Origin: Psilocybe cubensis
Taxonomy: Eukaryota
Assembly (NCBI GenBank): GCA_017499595.2
Contig: CM039003.1
Coordinates: forward strand, 3,286,001 to 3,350,000
Reading direction: 5' to 3'
DNA length: 64,000 nt
Under the pieces are notes generated by a model, which searched no databases, was not told the DNA's origin, and worked only from the letters and a program-made list of their open reading frames with translations. A program made the translations under genes and the position numbers. Positions 37,199-49,646 of this stretch are shown one piece after another; within the stretch, counting starts at the first letter, position 1, and each line of letters starts with the position of its first letter.

Positions 37199-39060
37199 AT
37201 GGGGGCGCGCAATGTTTCTTCATGTATTTCTACCGTTTCTTCCAATTCTTCTTTCAACGCTCGCCCCATTAGACCCATTGTTTCGCATGTTGCTTTGATT
37301 TCTCCTTCACCTCTTCCTGTTTTTAAAAATTTGGTTTCTGATTCCATTCCCCACTCTCCATTACTTAATCATGCTTTTAATCCTTCCCTTTCCATCCCAC
37401 ATCATGATTTGTTTCCACCTTCGTCTCATCTGCCTCCTCTTCGTCCCAATACAGACCCACGTTGTAATTCTTGTTTTAATCTTGATAATCTTCTCCCCGC
37501 ACCCCAAGTCTCTACCCCACTCGTGCTGCATTCTTGGGCTTTCTTCCTTCGTGACTATCCTGACCGCGGGTTTGTTTCGTCGCTTCTCAATATCATTGAG
37601 CACGGCGCAAACATCGGCTTTGTGGGTCCCAACCGCAAACATTACTGCTCGAACTTGCGCTCTGCCTTTGATGACGTCAGCTTCATGGATGATGCTGTTA
37701 ACAAGCTTGTTGCAAACTCGCAGGTTCATGGCCCTTTTCCCGCGCCCCCGCTTCCTGACTTTTTCTGCTCCCCCTTGGGTGCGGTGTCTAAAAAACACGA
37801 CCCTGGTAAGCGCCGTCTTATCAATCACTTGTCTTTTCCCACCGGGGCGTCTATCAATGACGGCATTGCTGACGCCGAGGCACATATCCACTATGATATG
37901 TTCGAGCGTGCAGTTGATGATCTGGTGCGCTCTGGTCCGGGTTCTTTAATGGCCAAGCTCGATTTGAAGGATGCTTTCCGTCATGTTCCTATTCGTCCGG
38001 CTGACTGGCACCATCTGGGTTTCTCCTGGCAGCACCAGTTTTATTACTGCACAGTTCTCACATTTGGCCTGCGCTCTGCGCCTTACATATTCAACCTTTT
38101 TGCGGAAGCGTTACACTGGATTATCCAGCGTCATATACCCGCCTTTATTCGTCATTATTTGGACAACTTCTTTCTTAATTTTGGGTCCTCCCTGCCTGAG
38201 TCTCGATGCTTTCATGCGGTGAACTGGGTCATGGGCCTCGGTCGTAGTCTTGGCTTGGAGTTTCAGGACGCGAAGACTGTTTGGCCATCTACTTCAATAG
38301 AGTTCCTGGGGATTGAACTCGACTCGTCTTCCGTGGAAGCAAGGCTTCCACCTGTCAAACTTGCTTTCCTTCGCGAATTGCTTCGTAATTGGGATGGCAA
38401 GACTTCTGCTTCACTTCGGGAGGTGCAAGAGTTAGTGGGATTCTTGCAGTTTGCCTCGCAAGTTATTCCCTACTCACGTACCTTCATCCGTCGTATCATT
38501 GACTTCTCTATGAAGTTTTCCTCGCCATTCCAACGTCGTCACATTTCGCGAGGGGTGCGAGCTGACCTTCACTAGTGGGCTGTCTATTGTGCTCCATGGA
38601 ACGGCATTCGCATCCTGTCGCCATCGCGCCCTGAAGTCTACGTTTACACGGACGCCAGCGGTTCCAAGGGCTTGGGCGGCCACTTTGAGGACCGTTGGTT
38701 CTCTGCTCGCTGCCCTCGTCGCTTTAGAGCGCGCGACATCCAGTTCAAAGAGGCGCTTGCGGTGCTGCACGCCATACTCTGCTGGGGCGATCTCTGGTTT
38801 GGTACTCATGTCGTCTTCCATGTCGACAACGAGGCTGTGGTAGAGTGGCTCTCTTCTGGCACCGGGCGCTCATCTCTGGCGATGGCTACCATTCGCATGA
38901 TTTTCATGCTGGCGGCTCACCTTAATTTCTCTTTTTCTTGTGTTTGGATTCCAACCGCAAAAAACGCGATTGCTGATGCTGCTTCTCGTTTCCAGTACAG
39001 CCGCCTGTTTCTACTACGACCGACGCTCGAAAGAAACTCCTCATCAACGAGGTCCCGGAT
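37199..39060 (+). pseudogene. Ngaro reverse transcriptase/RNase H, disrupted
   Basis: KLDLKDAFRH, FGLRSAP, HYLDNF (expected YLDDF), FLGIELD, in-frame TAG at 38573-75, then YTDASG, HVDNEAVV and NAIADAASR. Confidence 0.88.
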
Positions 39061-40119
39061 CACTGGTATAAGGCACACTCTGAATTCTCTCGACGCGCCG
39101 CCTTCTACCTCTGGCACGGTCTCGCTGCCAGCACCAGAAAAACCTACTCCACAGGCCAGAAGAGTTACCTCGATTTCGTTACCCTCAACCCCAAATACCA
39201 AGCCAAACCCGGAGTTTTCCTCCCCGCCAATCCCATTGCCATTGCAGAATGGATGGCCTCACTCGCCGATAGAGGCCTCAAATACACGACTATTAAGTCC
39301 TACCTCTCCGCCGTTCGTTCCCTCCATGTCGATGCAGGACTCTCCCCGGAGTGCACCACATCCCCCACCACACAGCGAGTCTTTCGCGGCATCAAGATGG
39401 TCTACGGCGACCATCGCGTCCCCAAACTTCCCATTACCCTCAATATTCTCCAGCGCCTCTCCTCAGTGGCGGGAAACCTTGACTTGCTCAATAATCTGAA
39501 CTTTGACGCCGCAGCAAAACTTGCGTGGGCAGGTTTCCTGTGATGCGGCGAGTTCACGGTCCCCGCAAACACTAAGTTTAACCCCGCTGTACACCTCTCC
39601 CGATCCTCAGTTGAGTTTATCCCTTCCATCGATGACCCTACCCATCTCTGCCTCACGTTGCCTGCTTCAAAAACCGATCCTTTTTGTTCTGGTGTTACCA
39701 TTCTCATTGCGCGGGCGCCTAGCGGCTCCCTCACGTGTCCCGTGACGGCGCTCAAATCCCTGTTTCTTGCAGATCCACGCGCGCCCACAGCGCCGCTATT
39801 TGCGGATGCCACGGGCGCTCCGCTTTCACGCCAGGAATTTATCTCAACCCTGAAATCCCGCCTTGCTATTATCGGGGTCGACGAGTCTAAATACTTGGGT
39901 CATAGTTTTCGACGAGGCGCCGCCACATCTGCTGCTTGCGCAGGGTATTCGGACTTTGAAATCCAATTGCTGGGTCGCTGGCGCAGCGACTGTTACAAGT
40001 TATATATTGACACGCCTCCTGAACGTACTCTCCACCTTTCTTCTCGTCTTCATTTGGCCCTGGCGCCTCCTCCAGCTCCCGATCCTCTGGCTCTTCCCTG
40101 GGCGATCCCGGTGGCTTGA
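39050..40119 (+). pseudogene. Ngaro tyrosine recombinase, disrupted
   Basis: TIKSYLSAVRSLH, WAGFL*CGEF (TGA 39541-43 replaces the catalytic Arg), SKTDPF, CPV, GHSFRRGAAT and LGRWRSDCYKLY. The start is approximate. Confidence 0.88.
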
Positions 40120-40915
40120 GCCTGGGCACACACCCTCGCCGAGACTTCACGTGTCGGTTTGGGTGTCCCCACGCGAGAGAGATTTGGCGACAAAAATTTA
40201 ATATTTTTGCACCCAACCTCGCGTGTGAACCTCACTGTTTTTTCTGGGACTGGACTCACCATAGATGAGGAGATCAAACGAGTTTGATCCGGGTCTATGA
40301 GAGGAAAGGAGACTCGCGCGTCGCGTCGCGCAGATTAGATTAGATATGCTTCGCATCTCATGAAAGGCCTTTGTCTGTTAGCTCGTATATAGTTCTCGCT
40401 CGCGTTTTTTTTCCCTTCTTCATCTCTCTTCTTACTCACACAGCTCGTTAGGTTCGTTAGGTTTTGTTTCACATCTCTCTTCTTACTCACACAGCTCGTT
40501 AGGCTCTGCCTAGAGCTTGTTTTTGCTTCCCCACCCTTACCACTTCCCATTTCTTTCTTCTTTTCTTGTGTTCTTGTTTTTTTTCATTCTCGTGCTACTC
40601 ATTTATTCGTACATACACTCGCCTGTTCCGGCTTGAGCCTGGGCACACACCCTCGCCGAGACTTCACGTGTCGGTTTGGGTGTCCCCACGCGAGAGAGAT
40701 TTGGCGACAAAAATTTAATATTTTTGCACCCAACCTCGCGTGTGAACCTCACTGTTTTTTCTGGGACTGGACTCACCATAGACCAGGAAGCGTGGCAATG
40801 GGCGCCGGTACACTCATAATATAAACCTGTGGGTACAAGTTCCTAGTATTGCGCGGAACCTTTCATTCACCTTCATATTTGATTCTGACACACGGGCAGG
40901 CCCTCCATTCACACC

Positions 40916-43900
40916 ATGTCAAGCTGGCTCGACGAAAATCTTCTTACTATCGGAAAGGATGCTGTGAATTCCGCGTTTATGGGTGTATACGTGTCAGGGA
41001 TGTAGGTAGCTCTGTAATTATCATCTTCAAATCCAAAATCTGAGCATCTCGTCGTGTTTTGCTAGATTTTATGGCTTCACAACATACCAGATGTCGGTCT
41101 ACTTTAAAAAAGGGGTGAATGACCCATTACTGCTAAGGATCTTAGTGAGTCGTTGTACAGTGGTATCAACAAAACGGCCTAGAGAGTAAAATTTACAATT
41201 TTTTAAGGTGTTCACTCTTTGGTTTGCGGGTCTACTTGTCAATTTAGATCATTATCTGACTGCGTTTCACGTTCTCAGGCTCTTAAGCACTCTTCACTCT
41301 CTTTTTGGGGCTATTGGATTTTTGTATTTAACAGGAATATTCCTGTCAAGCTCACCAAATTCTGAATTCCAAAAATCTCCATGGTAAGTTCAGCGTCCGA
41401 GCCTAAAAGCTGGACCTAAACTCAAAGAATTCTAGGTCTATTATAGTTAGTCGCAATACTTCACTGACCTCCGTCCTTTCCTTGACATTGTTGAATCATA
41501 GGCAACCTACTGGCCGTCGGTTTGTCTTGATCAATTAACTATATATCAAATATTATCATCTCTGAAATTGTTCACAGTTTTTGAGCAATTTGTTGATTGG
41601 AGGGTAGCTATCCCCATTATTTCGCTCATCTACGATATTAACTGAATTCGCATTTCCTAGTTTCTATTGTGGACGAATCTGGACGCGTGAGTTTCCCGAC
41701 AGTAACCCAGCCAGCAGGTTTTCCAACTAACCAATTGAATTACAGTAAGCAATAGGAATGTTCCCCTGATCGTTTTCACAGTACGCCTTCGTACGTTTGG
41801 CTTTCTCAGATGTTTCCTGACTTTTCCTGTTCATACCAGATTCTGGTATATAGCGGGCCTATTGCTGGAGGAATATGTACGTACTTATGTCTTTAAATTG
41901 AAACTTCCTCCCTCAAACTTAGGTCAATAGATTGGGGTGTTGAACTGTACGCACTCGAGGCTATGTCGTCCATCCTTCTCTATTTCTCATGCGAGTATAC
42001 ACCTTTTTAGTCAGCCGGGGACGCTAATGTTGGAATTAAACATGACGGTATTGACTCTACCTGAAACTTACGAAGTTGGTGAATCTCACAACTCTGATAG
42101 ACCCCTCTGTATCTTACCCTTGGCGGAATCATGGCATCTGATCTCATAATGGCCGGAATTATTTGTATTCTTCTTTGGAAGAAACGGTCGGGCATGAAAC
42201 GGTATGTAGATCTGTTGGAACGCACTATGCTCCTATAGTGTTCTGAAAATTGAACAGAACAACCTCGCTTATCAAGACGTTGATGCTGTACACTATCACG
42301 ACTGGCTTATTAACGGGCATCGTAGCCTTTATTGGATTACTATTGGTACGTTTATCTCTAATTCTGATAATATTTTCTTGAATTAATGATCATTTTTTTT
42401 CAACTGATAATATACTTCTGCAGACGTTGTTAGTCAAGAAAACCATGATTTACCTTGGGGTTTTGAATATAGTTGGAAATCGTACGTCAGATACTGTGGT
42501 AACCACCTAAGATCTGAACAAACTTACCAATGGAAACTGACCATTTGTGGGATAGTCTACCTCAATGCACTTCTTTCCTCTCTTAACCGTAGGGAAGAAC
42601 TTAGAAGCTCAATGCGCACAATAGGGACAATGGGTCATATCAGCATACAGTGTACTAGGGGATTCGGTCGTTAGTCACGTGACTACGTAGATAGCCTCCC
42701 GTACATTGTGTAGCGCAGACTTAGGAAGCTTCCACCACCATCCCTCCGTGCGCAGTCCGATCCGACGCCTCCATATGGTGACAACAGAGCGATTCGACAC
42801 GACCTTGCCGTATCAGACCAGCCGCACTATCCGTGTACTGCCTTCAGCCTTCCGTCTTCAGTTTCAGTTTTCAGCATTCAGTTTTCAGTCTACAGTTTTC
42901 GGCATTCAGTTTCAGTAAACGGGTTAGAGGGTTACAGGTTACTGAGCTGCAGGAATATATGGTTCTGGAATGCTACAGTCTGTCCCTTCATCTTCGTATC
43001 CTTACCATCACAAGATTCTGGTCCTAGGACCCCTCAAAAAATTTTCACCCATGGGGCCCGCGTCTCTGACTGGTATATTGGGCCCTTTGGTTTCGCCCAC
43101 CCTCACTTCCACACTTCCGCCACCTTTCCTACCTGAGACCGCCACCCCTCAGTTGCCATCTGCCAACAAAAAGCCAAAAGATAGGTGGGCCAGAGAGGCA
43201 TGCCCTACCACTCACCCCACGTTCATTGGATCCTCCTTTCTTATTACGGGTGGTCAATTCTATCCACATTCACCCCTCCGAATCACTCCCAATCCGTTCA
43301 GCTCCATTCACCGCCGATTCCAACGTTGCCACAGTCCATCACCAATTTCCGAGCACTTCTCATCTGGTTTGGTGTCAGCCACCCGTATTCCCTATTCTCA
43401 GCCACCAAGCAAACCCACCTCGACTACAGTTTTATTAACCACACAAATTCAAGTTCCCGAATCGCATTCCGACAACCCTTTGTTGCACTCGCAAAGCTGC
43501 AAGCAGGTTCGCCCTTTCCGTCTTCCGTCTTTTAGAAAATCAGCCACACGATTTCGAAGCTTCATACGCCGAGTCAAGGCTCGTTTGAAGGAGATTTCTA
43601 GTTAGTATATTTTTTATTTTTATTTTTATTTTTGGGTTTGTGTCTTTGTTGCAACGCGGACGTTGCTTTTGTGGGACGGGGGAACATGTACTAGGGGATT
43701 CGGTCGTTAGTCACGTGACTACGTAGATAGCCTCCCGTACATTGTGTAGCGCAGACTTAGGAAGCTTCCACCACCATCCCTCCGTGCGCAGTCCGATCCG
43801 ACGCCTCCAACAGGTCCAAAGCGAAATTAACAGACCAAATAATCAAGCAAGCGCCATTGTCTTCATGCCTTTCGACTCTGCCAGCGCTTCTTCATGTCAT

Positions 43901-43936
43901 GAATCATCGCCAGCCGAAGGTTATAACAAGTGTTAA
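40916..43936 (+). pseudogene. Multi-exon membrane protein (DUF6534-like), last exon interrupted by a TRIM
   Basis: Exons MSSWLDENLL..AFMGVYVSG / FYGFTTYQMSVYFKK..DPLLLRIL / RTTSLIKTLMLYTITTGLLT / YLNALLSSLNRREELR..SIQ|VQSEINR..YNKC*. The family name is from recalled motifs. Confidence 0.7.
42651..43809 (+). mobile_element. TRIM-like non-autonomous LTR retrotransposon (1159 bp)
   Basis: Apparently identical 123-bp TG..CA LTRs (42651-42773 and 43687-43809), PBS TGGTGACAACAGAGCGATTCGA, PPT GGGACGGGGGAAC, and 4-bp TSD ACAG. Confidence 0.93.
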
Positions 43937-44145
43937 AGCATGCGAAGGAGTGGTGTATCATAGGCTGGTCTTCAGTCCAGTTTATGACCTACAAACTAAT
44001 GACCTATGCAATGTGATTTTATGTACCAAAATTCATGATTTCAAAGTAAACAAACTCCCGACACGGTTTTGGATTTCTGACGAGCGCAGCTCTGTTTCAA
44101 GGGTTTATACTCCTATCGCTTCTAGCATTCCCTCTGCTTCACCTT

Positions 44146-44552
44146 TGTCATGATCTTATCCCGACTCATCTCACGCGTGCCCTTTTTCGCGAGATGCTGT
44201 GTACATATATGTCCGTCTTATTCGTCCTCCCTCCCAACCGGAGAATAGCCCCTGAATTTTCTCACTCATATCCATTGTCAGGGTACGTATTGGTGCCACC
44301 CCTATCCGTTATCGTTATCTGTTACGGTCCCACGCTGTCATGCCTTGTTCTATCTTTGTGTTCGGTCCCACGTCTATCGTTCTCCTGTTTCATCTATTGA
44401 TAGTTGTCATATGTCGAGTACTCTGGTCCGGGAAGTAGTTACTCCGGTCTCCATGTATATATAGGGTCCTGGGGTCAGTAGTCAGACCCCAGCTTCGATA
44501 TCAACTTGGTCTTTGGGCACTCTTCTCTCTTGACTTAAGTCGATTCCTAACA
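44146..44552 (+). mobile_element. Probable solo LTR
   Basis: TGTCATGA...TCCTAACA termini, internal TATATATAG and a CTGGGGTC/GACCCCAG hairpin. The flanks (ACCTT/TCCAT) are not a clean TSD. Confidence 0.45.
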
Positions 44553-45039
44553 TCCATCTTATGTCCGGCTTGTGCGTTGCACCATGATACTCTCACCAGT
44601 GCGGATCTTGACGGACATTCACAAGGTGAAATTCTCATGCTCTCGATGATTACCGTGAAATTTGTGATGCCAGGTATGGTACGGATGCCATCAGGGATTC
44701 GGGGAAAATCAGATACCACATGTAATCTGGCGTCGACACTTATTTGTCCTTGTATGATAATATATTGATGCTATATACATTATACCATCTTATAATGTCG
44801 CACATGTGGAATCCAAATAATACCACAATTACACCAATGATATCAGAAATATATAACCTTATATACCGCTTATACCTATGCTGCCAGCCCGATATCATAA
44901 TATGGTATGGAATAATGTATATACCAGCATTACATTTGTATATACCACATGTAGCTACTTAGGATTATTTAGTATTGCCTCGGGTGGTCGCTCAAGCCTT
45001 GTAGTAGAGTACATGTTCATATTGAAAGCTACAGACACT

Positions 45040-47463
45040 TTACAAATCATTAAAACCAAGATCGTCGTTATCAACAGTGTCATCGTCAAAGTCCTCGTTT
45101 GCTGAATGACTGTCGATATCTTCATTATCGGACTCTGAGTCATCAGACATGTCATCGGGACACCCAGGTCCATCATCTTCTGCTGCCTCAAGTTCTTCTG
45201 CAATGTCGGAAGGCTCTTCAAATTGAAATCTTCCTGAGGCTTCTTGGTGACCGATTCCAATGCCGAGATATCGAGATAGCATATCACGATCAACAAAGCT
45301 GTAAAATTGAAGTCAACACAGTGCAAGACCAAACAATTAGAAACGTACATGTTGACATAGTAGTTCATCCAGTCATCGGTTTCCTGGGGCGGTCTGGCCT
45401 GAGTTGGACCTGTTGTGCGCAACAATTCATTTGTCCGCCCGTCAACAAAGGATGGAAGTAGATGACATCCACGAACAACCAAAGAAGGGTCCAAAAATCC
45501 AAACGCAAATTCATCGTCTTCTACAACAAATCCGATTTTGGGAAGACATGCTAGTTTTCGACCAGATTTGTACCCAGGTTCTACCCCCAACCAACGTACC
45601 CACAGAAATTCCACTCGCTTTGGGCTGCAATTGCGTGATTTTGGCCCCGTGTGCTGAACGTCTGCATGAAAAACACCTATCACAGATGCATACCAGAAGG
45701 GATGGGCACCTGGTTCCGTTTCTGGAGATAGCACCATGACAAACGGATGGCTTCGTGTGCTGATGGTGTCATATGCCCGTCGCATGTCATACGTAGTATA
45801 ATACGTACGCATAGTATTAACTCGAAACATTGTATTGTTGATAAATTGAAGATTATTACAATCTTCATCATCAAAAAGAGAATCTGTGTCGTCGCCGTCA
45901 AATGTTCTTCCAGTCAATCGGCCTAGTAGGTGATTCTTGAGGAGATGCAAAAAGTTCTATAAACAGCTATATGAACTATTAAAGTGACTCGAACACAAAC
46001 AATGACTTACCTTCTTTGCAGGATCAGTATCATTTTGCATAAAAGCGAAAATTGGGACTGGCGTATTTCGTGATTTTGAGATATAGTGCGTGTCTTGAAG
46101 ATGCCCAGATACTGCTGCTTCTGCCCTTTCAGCCATACAATCCTGTTGATAGGGCATTGTACTCTGCAAGGCCATCATGCGACTGTACTTTTGAGCAATC
46201 TGCTTGTTGGCATCCTTTTTGTTTGTCAATTTGTACAATGATTTTAGCAAACGATGGGCCACTTCGCTCTGCATGATTATATTAGACAGATTGGGTACGA
46301 TACTATTCAAAACATACCAGTTGAGTTGAATAAGAATCAGTGGTTCCAAAATTTCGAATATGTCGGACATAATCCCCTAAAAAATGAAACTTTGGTGTGT
46401 TCAGATTGAATTTTATTGAACGTCGGCTCAAAGGTGCTTTGGCTGGTGCATTATTTTCCACAGTAGACGCCTGTTTCTGTGCTTGACGACGCTGTTTCTT
46501 GAGGAAGCTCAAAAGTTTCAAAATGAGTACAAGTTACATCTCGAAATTCACGCATTAATTTGCCAAATTCAAAAGTGAGCTCGTCAAGCAATTTTAAACT
46601 CCCTTCGGTATGTATTCGCATCTTGGCCAAACCGTGCCATTCGGCGGTACGGTACAAGAGCTTTGAAATTTGTCGATTATGTGGATCTGGAAACAGTCCT
46701 TCAAATATAGGAATAGCACACTATAGTAGGTATTAGCATGGAATGTAGGTGTGTAAAGCTTTAGATTCTTACTTGCAAAAGGTCTTCGAAATTGCGTGCT
46801 GCCAATTTTTTCATTTCCGAAGAATTTTCAGCAAAGTTACGTATAGTACCATTGCCAAAGGTTGAGACCTGTCGGTATCTGTTATATTTTGAATATTAAT
46901 TATTAGTATTCAGGCATAGTTTGCACACGTACCGTCTGTCTAGCTCTGTTACAAGTTCATCGGAACCCCCTCTAGCAGCATATAGTAATCTAATCAGATG
47001 AGTAAATAAGCTTTTCCAGACCCCGATTTCAAACTCATGCAGCAAATCAACAGTTAGCATATCAGACGGGTTAAAATCAAGGCCCAAACGCGCAACAAAA
47101 GCATTCTGTGACAATCATCATTTTTGGTTTTTAATCATTAAGAAAATATACATACTTCTGTTGGAACACCAGAAAACGGCTTGAGGAGGCGATCGACAAC
47201 TTCCGATTTTATTGAATGCCCAAGACAATAAATGGCATCACGGGCGAGTGCAACTTGCTCGACAATGTATCGACAAACTGTTCTATTATCAGTTCGGAGA
47301 TTCTTGTCACGTTTCAATCCAAGCTGGTCTAGCTTGGACTTTGGCACAAGACAAGTTGGACAAGGGCATAGGCCCTTATCTCTAATCGTGACCAATAGAA
47401 CCCTACAACCAAGGTCCAATCAGTAAAGAACATACAGCAGCAAATAAAACCACACTTTTCAGG
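45040..47463 (-). pseudogene. Plavaka/CACTA-like transposase, 3' part
   Basis: GLCPCPTCLVPK, DLLHEFEIGVWK, FNLNTPKFHFLGDY..FGTTDSYSTQ, YTTYDMRR, HPFWYASVIGVFH and EFLWVRW. Apparent frameshift near 46490. Confidence 0.82.
46137..47463. repeat. 1327-bp direct repeat, copy 1 (transposase sequence)
   Basis: Matches 56750-58076 at offset 10613. Confidence 0.95.
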
Positions 47464-49545
47464 CGCGTTAGCGCTGTGCGGCCTGGGTTCCTCACTTATT
47501 GTGAGGGCTGAGCTGGCAGCGCTAGCAAGGGACGCTTCAACTTCAGGCGCGTTAGCGCTGGGCGTCTTGCTAGCGCCCGCTGCTGTCGACGTGATAGGAG
47601 TGGGCTGAGTGGTCAAGGCCGGCGCTTCTCCAGGTTCGACAATCATGGGGTCCGGTCGATTCACGAGAAACCTTGACGTCGGTGGCTGCCCTGCGAGGAG
47701 CCATCCTGAATCTCTGAGGCTGAATCGGGGTGGTTGTAACCCCTCCTCCTGTTCTAGTATTAACGCAAGGCGAATGCGATCGCCCTCTGTCGCTGGGCGC
47801 CAGCCGTCCCATTCTGCGATGGGGGCTGGTTCTCCGAATGCGTCCAGCCGGCGTAGGCGTTCGTTATCGATATCTGCATACAGTGACTCGTCCATGGTGG
47901 TTCCCGAATGCTTCTGATTGAAGTACTGGAACCCGAAGTTGTACGCGTGGTCTATCCACTCGGGTGGGATGCCGTTGTTGATGAGTACATCGATAACCAG
48001 GCCTGTGGACATGTTACGAATGTGATCCGGGTCAATCTCACATCGAGTGAATCGATATGTTGGTCCCGATTGTGGCCTGAACTCCTTTCCAGGGTTATCG
48101 GCGTTGAATCGCCTAATGCCCTCTCGATAGAGGTTGCTATGGGCTGCTATAATTGCAAACTGTTTCACAAACGCTGTGCGTGCATTCCGGTCTGCAGGGC
48201 TCAACATTCTCGACAGTCCGTATCCAAATACTGAGCGTCTGTCCGCACCAAACATCATGTTGAGTATTGCACCCACAATGGGGTTTACTCCTCCAGGGTG
48301 CCCATAAAGAAGTATGCTTCTCCCCAAGTCGTCAATTTCCAGGAGTCGATGATGGCTGGGGTACTTGGGTGATATATCGTGAGCTGCTGCCTCCAGTTTC
48401 CTGGGGTCACGCGCAATGGCCGTTTTTGCGAAATAACTCTTGTCAACATCAGGGATGTAGTCCACAAGAGCAATGGTGAGCACGTAATTCATGGTCCTGT
48501 CACGGCAGTTTGCTATAACGCGCCCTGCAATATCCCTAAAGATGTCCAGCAAGGTGTACGCCTCTACCCGCACCCATGGAGGTACCCGCACATCCTGTGT
48601 GATTTTCACCAGTTGTGTGGCTTCGAAGGGACTCTCGGGGAACCCATGAGGGGCCTTTTCGTATACGTTGTGTCGGTTAGAGCCCATGCTGGCCCTGTAT
48701 GCTGACGGCTTTTTGCGCTCCCATTTTTCAGCCAGTAGCGCTGTAGACCGGACAAACACTGTGTTGCTCCTCGTAGATATGTATGTGGACGCTAATGCCA
48801 TACCGCGCAGTGTGTTGTCGCGTTGTGGTGCCTGTCGGGGCAAATGTACCACCCCAAATAAGTCTGGGGTGCGCCCCGTGAACTCCATTTCAGCCCTACG
48901 CCTCGCATCCTCGATCTCGCGGTTCCGTCGCATTGCCCTCTCCCTCTGCTGCCTTCGCGCATGTACGTATGTCACCATCTCCTTGCGACTGCGTTGGCGT
49001 CCACTAGGCGAGAACTCTCCGTCGGAATCAGGCGGGACAGGGACTAGTTCCTCGTCTTCTTGTTGGAGCGGCGCCACGTCGTTGCTGGTGTCCTTTATAA
49101 TTCTCGGTTTCGGCAACAACGGCCCTGGTACCTTTACCCCTGATATGACTCTGAGCCTCCGGTTTACTGCTTTAGCCTGCTCTTGGTCACTAATTGTGCG
49201 AGCAAGGCGCTTGCTGGGTCCGCCCTCAGTCTCACTTTCATTATCCTCGCAACTCCTCTTGGTCCCACGTAATTCCTGTGCCAGGATTGCATTGCGCGTA
49301 CGTAGTTTCCCAACTTCGTGTGCCAGGTCGTTTATCAGCAGCAGAGCTCCTCCTGAGACTTCGCCGTTGATGAGCCCGCCATCCATGCCGGATTTCTGTA
49401 GGCGTTCTTGTATCTCCTTCAGTAGGTCCCCCTCCCCCGCCGGCGACGCTGCCAAGTCGCCGGAGTCAACGTCGTTAGACAGGCTTGAAGGTTGCATATT
49501 CGCTGCGAGAGTGCAGGTTGGTGATTCTGGTAATGATTGAGTCAA
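47464..49545 (-). CDS. Extra ORF of about 690 codons downstream of pol, function unknown, truncated at the junction
   Basis: Uninterrupted ORF with the same GC-rich composition as the element. It runs into transposase DNA at 47463. Confidence 0.7.
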
Positions 49546-49646
49546 GGTCAGAGGTGAGGTGTCTCACACCTTCCAACCCACCCAACTGATGGTAAGTCAT
49601 AGGCGCCGGCTGTTCGGCCAAGCCGCTTGGTCATGTCGCCAGCCAA

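Larger units (their letters stand above)
35821..40782 (+). mobile_element. Ngaro-type (DIRS order) tyrosine-recombinase retrotransposon, full length, inactivated
   Basis: Split direct repeats A1 (35821 to about 36033)-ORFs-B1 (40113-40265)-A2 (from 40266)-B2 (40630-40782). Gag-like, RT/RNase H and YR ORFs are present; no methyltransferase ORF was recognised. Confidence 0.93.

Noticed and set aside
38672-39499. 275-aa ORF as a separate gene
   Set aside because: It is the RNase H continuation of the RT frame past the premature stop, and its tail overlaps the YR ORF.
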